IMG/VR virus record: IMGVR_UViG_2799112719_000001
Reading direction: 5' to 3' (one strand)
From: a virus
Length of the DNA stretch: 64,000 nt
This document shows positions 17,445 to 25,154 of the stretch, piece by piece. The position numbers and the translations under genes were made by a program. How positions within the stretch are numbered: position 1 is the first letter of the stretch; each line of letters opens with the position of its first letter. The notes under the pieces are model-generated. The model ran no database searches, was not told the DNA's origin, and saw only the letters and a program-made list of their open reading frames with translations.

Positions 17445-17930
17445 TCAAAACTTTTTCCATTCATCTTCGCATGGTAGCAGTTCTGGGTTGTCGATGACAT
17501 TGCCGATGACTGTCAGCGAACTGTCTTTCAGATCTTCGCTCGGTATGCTGCTGGGAGCAAGTTTCCAGGGTGCCAATGGTCCATACTTTCCACATCTACT
17601 GATGAAGAAACCATCAATGCCCCATTTTATCAGTCCATGAGTGGTGTGGCTTCCGGCACTCCAGGCATCCACAATGTCGCCCTCATAGACTCGCTTCCCT
17701 GTCTTATCCTTGGTGCCGACATATTGCCCGACGGTGTTAGGATCTACGGTGTGCCAGTAGCCACCTTTGCTACGTTCTCCTGGCTCATCGTTGAAAATGC
17801 TGGGTATCTCTTTGAAGCCAGTCACTTCGTCGTGGTTATCAGTCATAGCGATATGGAGTGGGGCATAGAATCCTTTTATCCATTCGCCGGTCTTGATGTC
17901 TTTACCTCTAAATCGAATTTCTCTTCTCAT
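17445..17930 (-). CDS. YopX-family protein
   Basis: MRREIRFRGKD start and a C-terminal VIGNVIDNPELL signature. The tracked start at 17975 overlaps the neighbouring small ORF. Confidence 0.65.
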   Translation of the reverse strand: MRREIRFRGKDIKTGEWIKGFYAPLHIAMTDNHDEVTGFKEIPSIFNDEPGERSKGGYWHTVDPNTVGQYVGTKDKTGKRVYEGDIVDAWSAGSHTTHGLIKWGIDGFFISRCGKYGPLAPWKLAPSSIPSEDLKDSSLTVIGNVIDNPELLPCEDEWKKF

Positions 17931-17935
17931 AGTTA

Positions 17936-18103
17936 TTACTTTTTGATTAGTTCGTGCGCGTCGTAGCCGCACCATGTGCAGATGCCGAGAGCGACGTTAG
18001 GCGCATAGTTTTCTTTGCCACATTTGGGGCAGCGGATGAGCAGTAGGGTGTCTGTGTCCTCGTAGTGCTCAACACCAGGTGCTAAAATCTTTGGCTTACT
18101 CAT
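17936..18103 (-). CDS. Small zinc-ribbon protein (55 aa)
   Basis: Own translation: MSKPKILAPGVEHYEDTDTLLLIRCPKCGKENYAPNVALGICTWCGYDAHELIKK. Leader repeat at 18104-18120. Below the track's length cut-off. Confidence 0.4.
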   Translation of the reverse strand: MSKPKILAPGVEHYEDTDTLLLIRCPKCGKENYAPNVALGICTWCGYDAHELIKK

Positions 18104-18115
18104 AATTTGATGAAT

Positions 18116-18370
18116 TTATAAAAACCAGTGATGAAGTTGACTCTCCATGATAACGTCTCGCAGTCCGTCGATATATACATAGACACCAGCAGCTGTAACT
18201 TTGCGGATGGTGGCCGTCATGCCATTGTCTGAATGAATGACATCGCCAGGCTTCAGATCATCGACTGTGAGCGGTGTATGTTCCACCTCTGCAATATTTA
18301 TCATCGGTGGCTCACTGTTTGTCTTTATCGGCTCTTGGTAGAGCTGGGTGATAATCAACTTCTTTGTCAT
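18116..18370 (-). CDS. hypothetical protein
   Basis: 84-aa ORF with a leader repeat at 18371-18399. Confidence 0.5.
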   Translation of the reverse strand: MTKKLIITQLYQEPIKTNSEPPMINIAEVEHTPLTVDDLKPGDVIHSDNGMTATIRKVTAAGVYVYIDGLRDVIMESQLHHWFL

Positions 18371-18381
18371 AAATTGATGAA

Positions 18382-18891
18382 TTATTGAATTGATGGAATA
18401 CCTGCGCTTCTGAGTGCGCTGGCGGTCATGCGCCGGTAGTCATTTTCTAAGAGTCGTTTAACGACGCGATACGCCTTCCAGAACCATTTAGTACGAGGAT
18501 AGCCGCCGTGGGTTGTTATCTTATAGATGAAGTCTATCTGATAGTTTACCATACGTTTCTCTTTGTCCTCATCGAAATGCGTCTCAGGATCGTAGTTGAT
18601 GACCTCGATGTGCTTAAACACTTTCTTGATCTTACGAGGGTAGCGTGTCTTTGGAAACATTTTCTTGCGTATCTTTTTGAACTGTTGTTTTGTTACCTCC
18701 TGAGTAAAAGAGGCTGTCATGTGGAATCCGTTGTTAGGCTGCCACTCTCCTGGCTGTGAGTAGTCGTGTTCGTCTGCACTTACAAGATGAATGTGGTCGG
18801 GAATTTTGTCCGGCACCAAAATCATTCGTTTTGTCTCGGCAATCTTCACTACCTGCTCCCTGGGTATTATGTAAACCTTATGTTCGCTCAT
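18382..18891 (-). CDS. hypothetical protein
   Basis: 169-aa ORF in the operon. Confidence 0.5.
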   Translation of the reverse strand: MSEHKVYIIPREQVVKIAETKRMILVPDKIPDHIHLVSADEHDYSQPGEWQPNNGFHMTASFTQEVTKQQFKKIRKKMFPKTRYPRKIKKVFKHIEVINYDPETHFDEDKEKRMVNYQIDFIYKITTHGGYPRTKWFWKAYRVVKRLLENDYRRMTASALRSAGIPSIQ

Positions 18892-19115
18892 AATTTATTT
18901 TTTTTGTATTCAATACCGGCATTGATGCCAGTGGATAAGAGCCTTTTCACGAAGGCTTTGAACTCTGTTTCTTCCATGAGGCAAACAGTATGGAAACCTT
19001 TGTGTTGGTTTCCTCTCTTGGTGCCGATGGCCTCTATCATATTCCACTCGCTGTTTGTGACATGTTCAACGTCCTCTTCCAGTTCCTTTGGTATGATGAT
19101 TTCTTCCTTTGCCAT
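18888..19115 (-). CDS. hypothetical protein
   Basis: 75-aa ORF. ATGA overlap. Preceded by the duplicated 110-bp intergenic element. Confidence 0.45.
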   Translation of the reverse strand: MAKEEIIIPKELEEDVEHVTNSEWNMIEAIGTKRGNQHKGFHTVCLMEETEFKAFVKRLLSTGINAGIEYKKNKL

Positions 19116-19214
19116 ATCGTTTCACTTTATACTTGGTTTTACCTTTTAGATGTCGGTAGTACCTGTAATCAGCAGGTATTTCAAATTCCTTTGAGCGGAA
19201 GTAGTCTATTGCAA

Positions 19215-19709
19215 TCATGGGCAAATCATTCTTTTTAGATGGTCTAATGCTGCATTGATTTCGTGGATGTTGTCATTATTGCTTTCCCCATACATACGCA
19301 GCAGCTCTTTCACACGCTGTTTGAAGGCTCTGTTTGGATGGTGAATCACTTTCATTTCGCTTCCGTCGGTTCCTTTCTCTACGACGATGTGCAGGCCGGA
19401 AATGATCTCTGCCAGTTCCTCTTTCGACACTTCACGCACAAAGATGCCGGCAATCTCGGTATAGCGGTATGTGTTGCCGTTTTCAATGACTGTCACGTTC
19501 CACTCAGGGCAGCAGCCTGGCTTTGATGGTGGGTACTTGAAAATCTGTTTGATGGTAACAACATTGCTGAAGATGTCAACAACCTTTTGGCCTACCTCAA
19601 AGAGAAACGGTTTTACGCTTGTAATGGCGTAGTCCTCTTCTTTATTCCATTTGTCCCTGGCAATTACTGCACTGCCATCTTCTCGGACGTTTATTGAGTA
19701 TTCTAACAT
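19215..19709 (-). CDS. hypothetical protein
   Basis: 164-aa ORF with a leader repeat at 19710-19729. Confidence 0.5.
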   Translation of the reverse strand: MLEYSINVREDGSAVIARDKWNKEEDYAITSVKPFLFEVGQKVVDIFSNVVTIKQIFKYPPSKPGCCPEWNVTVIENGNTYRYTEIAGIFVREVSKEELAEIISGLHIVVEKGTDGSEMKVIHHPNRAFKQRVKELLRMYGESNNDNIHEINAALDHLKRMICP

Positions 19710-19720
19710 GAATTTATGAG

Positions 19721-20149
19721 TTAATGATTCTTTTTTACATCGCGGGTCTGATAACTACGGATGCCTGTGTAGATGGTTCCGAGTTGGTCTTTCCCTATTT
19801 TATTGCGGAGATATTCTTTTGATAGTTGTACGATATAGCAGCCGCAATGGTTTTCGTTGGCTTTTATTTCTGTAATGCTGAATCCCCATCGACGCAATAA
19901 GCGTAAGGCGATATTGAGATTCTTCTGACTATTGAATCGTATTCCGCAAGTTGGATCAAGTACGATTTTTCCTGCATAGTCTGGATTGAGAATGATGTTT
20001 TGTATAAACACTATTCCATGTTTGGAAAAATCCTCTACGAGCATTTGCCTAAACTCAGAGACAGGAAACAGCTCTCTTTTTTGTTGCATCCTTGCCCTGA
20101 AGCATTCATCCATTAAATAGGTGTTCATAATTACTATTCTTTTAACCAT
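19721..20149 (-). CDS. hypothetical protein
   Basis: 142-aa ORF in the operon. Confidence 0.45.
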   Translation of the reverse strand: MVKRIVIMNTYLMDECFRARMQQKRELFPVSEFRQMLVEDFSKHGIVFIQNIILNPDYAGKIVLDPTCGIRFNSQKNLNIALRLLRRWGFSITEIKANENHCGCYIVQLSKEYLRNKIGKDQLGTIYTGIRSYQTRDVKKNH

Positions 20150-20490
20150 TTACACATAGCTACACATTTGCCTTTGGTGTGTTCGCAGTTATCGTTGTAG
20201 ATGTTGAAACCGAGTCTGCGATACCAGTCAATAAGGAATGTCCCTTTGCGGGCATCGAGATAGATGCTACCCAAGTCCAACTTGCGGGCAAAGGCTTCCA
20301 CCTCTTTCATCAGAGCGGTACCAATGCCCTGTTGTCTGTCGGTCTCGAATACCATGAGCGAATTGATATATCCGGCGCGAGGGGTTTCGTCATCGAGTGA
20401 CAACTTGACCATCGCCCTGCCGTCCGATGTGATGAAGGTATAGCTCTTTCCCCACCACCAAAGATTTTCGTGTAGTATTATTTCCTTCAT
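20134..20490 (-). CDS. GNAT-family N-acetyltransferase
   Basis: RQQGIGTALMKEVEAFA acetyl-CoA-binding-type motif in a 118-aa ORF. Confidence 0.6.
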   Translation of the reverse strand: MKEIILHENLWWWGKSYTFITSDGRAMVKLSLDDETPRAGYINSLMVFETDRQQGIGTALMKEVEAFARKLDLGSIYLDARKGTFLIDWYRRLGFNIYNDNCEHTKGKCVAMCKWLKE

Positions 20491-20897
20491 TCTTCTTCCT
20501 TATTTACTTTGGACCTAAAATCTAATGGGTTTAGTTTACGAGGTTTTTTTAGAGCCAGAATGAGATCATCGGCGTATGAGACTGCATCCTGTGCTATACA
20601 CTGCCCCATGGTCTTGAATCCCTCTCGATATGCTCTTTGGTGCATTTGTTCCAGGAGTTGTGTATTGATGCAGCAGGCATTCAGGATGGCTTGCATGGCT
20701 TTTCCAGCAAATTGAGGGCGATACTGATCATAGTCTATATTGTCTATCAATTCCACTTCGTCAGGGGATAATGGCTCTCCCATGCCTTCCAGCAGCACAC
20801 GTCCATCTTCCAGAATTTTCTTCACAGGCATGGTAATGCCGGAGCTGATGATGCGCCCCTTCAGTGGTTCGTCGTAAAAGTTTAACGTATTAGTCAT
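20487..20897 (-). CDS. hypothetical protein
   Basis: 136-aa ORF with a 4-nt overlap. Confidence 0.5.
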   Translation of the reverse strand: MTNTLNFYDEPLKGRIISSGITMPVKKILEDGRVLLEGMGEPLSPDEVELIDNIDYDQYRPQFAGKAMQAILNACCINTQLLEQMHQRAYREGFKTMGQCIAQDAVSYADDLILALKKPRKLNPLDFRSKVNKEEE

Positions 20898-21106
20898 AAT
20901 CCTATAGTTATTTGTTCATGTTTCTTTTTCAGTTCATCTTCTTTTCTTAGTCTTCGAGGCAGGTCCACGTTGTAAATGGTGGTTGCAACTTCTGATAATG
21001 GCAGCATCAGGTTTCGGGCTGTTTGTTCAATATCTCTGCATCGACGATACTCTGAGCATATCTTGCCTATCCATCTTTCAGCGGACGTTCTTTTTCGCTT
21101 TGCCAT
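20894..21106 (-). CDS. hypothetical protein
   Basis: 70-aa ORF preceded by the second copy of the 110-bp element. Confidence 0.45.
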   Translation of the reverse strand: MAKRKRTSAERWIGKICSEYRRCRDIEQTARNLMLPLSEVATTIYNVDLPRRLRKEDELKKKHEQITIGL

Positions 21107-21205
21107 ATCGTTTTACTTTATACTTGGTTTTACCATTCAGATGTTTGTAGTACCTGTAATCAGCAGGCTTTTCAAATTCCTTTGAGCGGAAATAGTCTAT
21201 TGCAA

Positions 21206-21619
21206 TCATTCCTGTTCGTTTTCGCAGTTAATCTGTCTGATACGCTCTTCGCAGATATGGATGATCTTCTCGTAGTCGAGCAGACGGCTTTCACCCTGTT
21301 TGGTACGGAGCACGCGCTTTACGATGTCTGCATCCCAGGGGTTCAGGTTCCAGTCAATCCATATCGACCAGGGCTGAATGACATGCTGGCTGTAGTCGCT
21401 ATTGCCACGATTGTAGGCCCGTACACTGGTATTCAGTATGCCGACACGCGCCAGTTTCTTATATTCCTCCCAACTGATAATCTTGTGTTCGGGATGACTA
21501 TCGAGCAGTTCAGCAGCTATCTCCAGAGCAATCTTTATGTCCTGGTCGCTACATTTACTCTTTCCGTCTTCATACAGGACAGATGTCCTGATAATCTGTG
21601 CAGCTTCTTTGTTTGTCAT
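21206..21619 (-). CDS. DUF3310-like phage protein
   Basis: IQPWSIWIDWNLNPWDADIVKRVLRTKQG...DYEKIIHICEERI resembles the DUF3310 pattern (recalled from memory). Confidence 0.4.
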   Translation of the reverse strand: MTNKEAAQIIRTSVLYEDGKSKCSDQDIKIALEIAAELLDSHPEHKIISWEEYKKLARVGILNTSVRAYNRGNSDYSQHVIQPWSIWIDWNLNPWDADIVKRVLRTKQGESRLLDYEKIIHICEERIRQINCENEQE

Positions 21620-21622
21620 AAT

Positions 21623-21961
21623 CTATTTTGCTTCAATGATGATACGTTTTACATTTCCTTTTTTGTCCTTTTCGCAATGATAGGTAAGTTCGCATTCTTC
21701 ATACAGCCATCGGCGCATGTTCTCTTTACTCTCCAGCAGGAAACGAATCATGGCATAGCCTGCCAACTTGCGATATTGCGCTTCCAAGGGGAAATAGTCG
21801 TAGTGCTCCTGGCCGTCATCAAGTGCCGGATTCTTTGGCTTGCATCCACGTTTAACGGCAGGGGTAATGGAAAAAGCCCAATCGTGTTGCAGCTTTTCCA
21901 ATACCTTCCTGGCACCGTTAATCTCGAATGATTCTATCAGTAGTTGGTTCATTCTTTCCAT
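21623..21961 (-). CDS. hypothetical protein
   Basis: 112-aa ORF. Confidence 0.5.
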   Translation of the reverse strand: MERMNQLLIESFEINGARKVLEKLQHDWAFSITPAVKRGCKPKNPALDDGQEHYDYFPLEAQYRKLAGYAMIRFLLESKENMRRWLYEECELTYHCEKDKKGNVKRIIIEAK

Positions 21962-22674
21962 TCTTTAATATGAAACCCGTCTGCTATCAGGTTACGCTCG
22001 AATATCTCAGCTCGCTCGGTATCTTTGTCATAATAGATGTTATACCGTTCACCACCTTGCTCTGAGCAGTCTGTCATCAGAATATATCCGCGACGCAGGG
22101 CATTGTAGCGGTGGGATGTCTGACTCTTAGTGTACTTACACATGACGATGTGTAGTTTGGTCTTACGGTCCAGTCCGTAGGTCACTCTCAGTATCTCCTT
22201 ACGATGAGCCTCTTTTCTGGACTGACTTTTTCGCTGCATCCATTGGCGGTATTTCTTGGGATTCTCCCGTGCCATAATCCGTGCAGGATGCTCACGCTTG
22301 CCTTCGCGTATCTCTTGCCACATTTGGGCGGTAGCTCTCTTGCAGGCATCGCTTGGCTGTTTGCCCTTCAGTGAGGCGTAGTAGCCGTTACGTTTGCATA
22401 CTTTCTTTACCTGTGCTGCCTGTCGCCTCTTGATGCCCTGGAGTCCTTTCTCGCTCTTTTGCAGTCCCATTTCACGGGCAAAGCGGTGGAGCGTCGAATG
22501 GCTTAGTCCGCTGGCCTGCATGATGCAGGAGTTTTCTATCTCAGGAAACCATTTGCGTAGCCATGCCGTTTGTGCTTCATTCAGCACAATCTTTTTGGTG
22601 ATACCGGCCATGTTGCGCCCCGATGGGACGGTCTGCATGGTGATGGTGCCTGGGAATGGTTCTATCTTTTTCAT
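21949..22674 (-). CDS. Basic putative DNA-binding (HTH) protein
   Basis: 241 aa, K/R-rich, with the HTH-like segment IMQASGLSHSTLHRFAREMGL. Confidence 0.4.
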   Translation of the reverse strand: MKKIEPFPGTITMQTVPSGRNMAGITKKIVLNEAQTAWLRKWFPEIENSCIMQASGLSHSTLHRFAREMGLQKSEKGLQGIKRRQAAQVKKVCKRNGYYASLKGKQPSDACKRATAQMWQEIREGKREHPARIMARENPKKYRQWMQRKSQSRKEAHRKEILRVTYGLDRKTKLHIVMCKYTKSQTSHRYNALRRGYILMTDCSEQGGERYNIYYDKDTERAEIFERNLIADGFHIKEWKE

Positions 22675-22733
22675 TGTCGGTTATCAAAATGGGGTAGGTC
22701 AGCAGCGCGTGACAGAGGTACTGATGAGTTGTT

Positions 22734-23156
22734 TTAATACTCTGGCAAATTCCCAATGATAACATCCATTTCTTCTGAGATAAGGCGTTTTTCCTCTTCG
22801 TCACCTGTGCAGATGGCCTTAGTCATGTTACATTGAACTTCCGTAAGGTGCAGGATGGCTGTCTTTATCTCTTCAATAGGATCTTCTTCGTATGGATTTG
22901 GAAAGTCCCATCTGACAACAATCGTGTCTTTGATGTTTTCATTCACTTTGAATCCCTGTTTACTCAGGAAGAAAACGAGGCGCATGTAGTTCTCATCAAT
23001 GTTCTCAGCAGGGGTGCCGATGAGATTGATTTCACATTCTGTTTCACCTTTGGCAGCAGCATCTTTTATCTGCTGGATGATGTTCTTTACCCAATCCTGT
23101 TTGCTAATGGCAATGCAGGTCATTTCTTGAATCTCTTGTAAATTGAAAGTTTCCAT
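22734..23156 (-). CDS. hypothetical protein
   Basis: 140-aa ORF with a leader repeat at 23157-23185. Confidence 0.5.
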   Translation of the reverse strand: METFNLQEIQEMTCIAISKQDWVKNIIQQIKDAAAKGETECEINLIGTPAENIDENYMRLVFFLSKQGFKVNENIKDTIVVRWDFPNPYEEDPIEEIKTAILHLTEVQCNMTKAICTGDEEEKRLISEEMDVIIGNLPEY

Positions 23157-23175
23157 AATTTTATGAATTTATGAG

Positions 23176-23412
23176 TTAATGAGTTTTCTTACAGGGGCAA
23201 TTAGCATAGTGCTCATAAGTCCAGTTGCTATATAGCCCTGGGCGTGAAGCCATATAGAGGTGCCCATTCTTTTTTGCTATGCAGTAGGTGTTGTATTCCT
23301 CTACAATCTCGAAGCCGTCATGTTCGAGGTCGTATTCTTCGCAGTGTTGTAAAACTACTGCCAGAATAACCAGGAAGGCGATAACCATAATGACTTTGAC
23401 AATCTTATCCAT
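23176..23412 (-). CDS. Small membrane protein
   Basis: N-terminal TM segment VIMVIAFLVILAVVL. Confidence 0.45.
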   Translation of the reverse strand: MDKIVKVIMVIAFLVILAVVLQHCEEYDLEHDGFEIVEEYNTYCIAKKNGHLYMASRPGLYSNWTYEHYANCPCKKTH

Positions 23413-23424
23413 GCTGATGTATAT

Positions 23425-23883
23425 TTATGGTATAACACACAAATCTATGCCCATTGGGTCATGTTCATCGCAATATGCTTTGCATTCTTCGAGAGTGCCG
23501 CTGAATGGATATTCGTGTTCGTGGTGATTCCAGACAGCGTGAGTCTTTGCCTTGGCCAGTTTATCCTTAAAATCCTGACTGTTTACGTCCATGTAAGCAC
23601 GAAGTTTTAGTGCATCGTGAGGATTAAAGTGTAATGATGGCGTTTTGTCGATGATTTCTTTCATCACGGCCCAATAGGTGTTTTGTTCCCATTTGTTAGC
23701 AGGACGTGCGCGACCATCTGCACGGGTTACAGCCTTGCGCTCTACGATGTCAATGCCATTAAAGGAAAAGATCTGCTTATTGTTTCTTGGATTCAGTCCG
23801 AGAGACATAAATACACAGTTGCTTCCCTGTATTCTCATCAGAGTGCCAGGGCGATATATTCGCTTGTAATTTCTATTCTTCAT
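23425..23883 (-). CDS. hypothetical protein
   Basis: Start set at MKNRNYKRIY because the leader repeat lies at 23884-23905. Confidence 0.5.
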   Translation of the reverse strand: MKNRNYKRIYRPGTLMRIQGSNCVFMSLGLNPRNNKQIFSFNGIDIVERKAVTRADGRARPANKWEQNTYWAVMKEIIDKTPSLHFNPHDALKLRAYMDVNSQDFKDKLAKAKTHAVWNHHEHEYPFSGTLEECKAYCDEHDPMGIDLCVIP

Positions 23884-23887
23884 AAAT

Positions 23888-24451
23888 TTATGAATTGATG
23901 ATTTCCTCAATAGGTTTGTCACTCTTTACACCGACGATGATCTCAGCGGTCACGGTGTCCTGGTGAACATCCTCGAAGTCGTGGTGAATCTCTACCAGTT
24001 CGGTGTCTCTGATGCTTTCCATGAGTTCCTGTTTGGCCACCGTTTCCATGTAGTGAAGGCGACGGTTACGCTCCATTTCGTCGAATCCCGTCAGGAATGA
24101 CTTTTCTCTCTTCATCGTACTTCTGAGGATTTCCATACGGACGTGTTGACCGTTAATCTGAATCATGGGATTGTTACGGAATGGATCTTGCATTTCAGTG
24201 AGTTCCCTGGTTAGCTTCGCATTCTGCTCTACCAGCACTTTGCCACCCTCGTAAAGTGATTCATTCTCCTGCTTCAGCCGTCTGTTCCAAACTCTGAAAG
24301 CAAAGTTTGACAGGATAATCAGGAAATAGAGTAGGTCGAGAATGGTGTGATAGGTGTCGCCCTTGATATAGGCTGCCACCGATATAGCCAACAGTCCTAC
24401 GATAAGCAGGATGTTGAACGTCCAGAAGCAAATAGTCTTTACTCTCTTCAT
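23888..24451 (-). CDS. Membrane protein with coiled-coil
   Basis: Two N-terminal TM segments after MKRVKTICFWTF. Confidence 0.45.
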   Translation of the reverse strand: MKRVKTICFWTFNILLIVGLLAISVAAYIKGDTYHTILDLLYFLIILSNFAFRVWNRRLKQENESLYEGGKVLVEQNAKLTRELTEMQDPFRNNPMIQINGQHVRMEILRSTMKREKSFLTGFDEMERNRRLHYMETVAKQELMESIRDTELVEIHHDFEDVHQDTVTAEIIVGVKSDKPIEEIINS

Positions 24452-24456
24452 AATGA

Positions 24457-24933
24457 TTACTTGATGATAGGTTTCTCTACTGTGCGCCACCATACTTTTT
24501 CAAACTCCGGCTCACAGATAATTTCTTCTGCACCTTCATAGTCCCAGACATGGAAGAATGGGGCCTTGATGCCTTTGCTCTTGATATGGTCGTTACTGAC
24601 AAACTTTCCGTAACGGATGGTGTCATCCTCTTCTGTATAGACAGCAACGCGATCACCTACCGTCGGTGGTAGCTCTGATGCTTTCATCCATGGCCAGTGG
24701 TGGATAGGTCGCTTGATCTGAATGTCGGTGCCGGCTGTCGGGCCTCCGTCGGCATCACAGGTGTAACGCTGGCTCTTATCGCCCTCGCTAACTATCATGT
24801 GGACTTTTGAGCGGTGCCAGTGCTCGATGCAGCTCTTTGCCCAATCCTCTACGAAAGCCTGCTGTTGCTGTGCATCGGCGGCTTCCTCATTGTCTTCATA
24901 CCAGGTGGTAGTTCTTAATTCGTACTTTGCCAT
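24457..24933 (-). CDS. hypothetical protein
   Basis: 158-aa ORF. Confidence 0.5.
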   Translation of the reverse strand: MAKYELRTTTWYEDNEEAADAQQQQAFVEDWAKSCIEHWHRSKVHMIVSEGDKSQRYTCDADGGPTAGTDIQIKRPIHHWPWMKASELPPTVGDRVAVYTEEDDTIRYGKFVSNDHIKSKGIKAPFFHVWDYEGAEEIICEPEFEKVWWRTVEKPIIK

Positions 24934-24935
24934 AA

Positions 24936-25127
24936 TTATAGGTGTCTTTTGGTCATCTGTTTCTCCAGACGTTCTTTCATGGCTTTGGCCGTTACAACAG
25001 CCCTGTCATGTTCTTTGGGGTCACGAAGCAGCTTGCAGATGCGGTTTACCTGTTGGGGTGTCACCACCATTTCCGTAGCGGTGTTGATGGTAACACTCCC
25101 GCCAGTGATAGGATATTCTTTTTGCAT
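24936..25127 (-). CDS. hypothetical protein
   Basis: 63-aa ORF with a leader repeat at 25128-25155. Confidence 0.45.
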   Translation of the reverse strand: MQKEYPITGGSVTINTATEMVVTPQQVNRICKLLRDPKEHDRAVVTAKAMKERLEKQMTKRHL

Positions 25128-25154
25128 TTAATGAATTGATGAATCTATGAATGA

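Noticed and set aside
21182-21931. 249-aa plus-strand ORF across 21.2-21.9 kb, plus 18990-19238 and 20976-21185
   Set aside because: They overlap well-packed minus-strand genes with ATGA couplings and cross the duplicated intergenic element. They are shadow ORFs.
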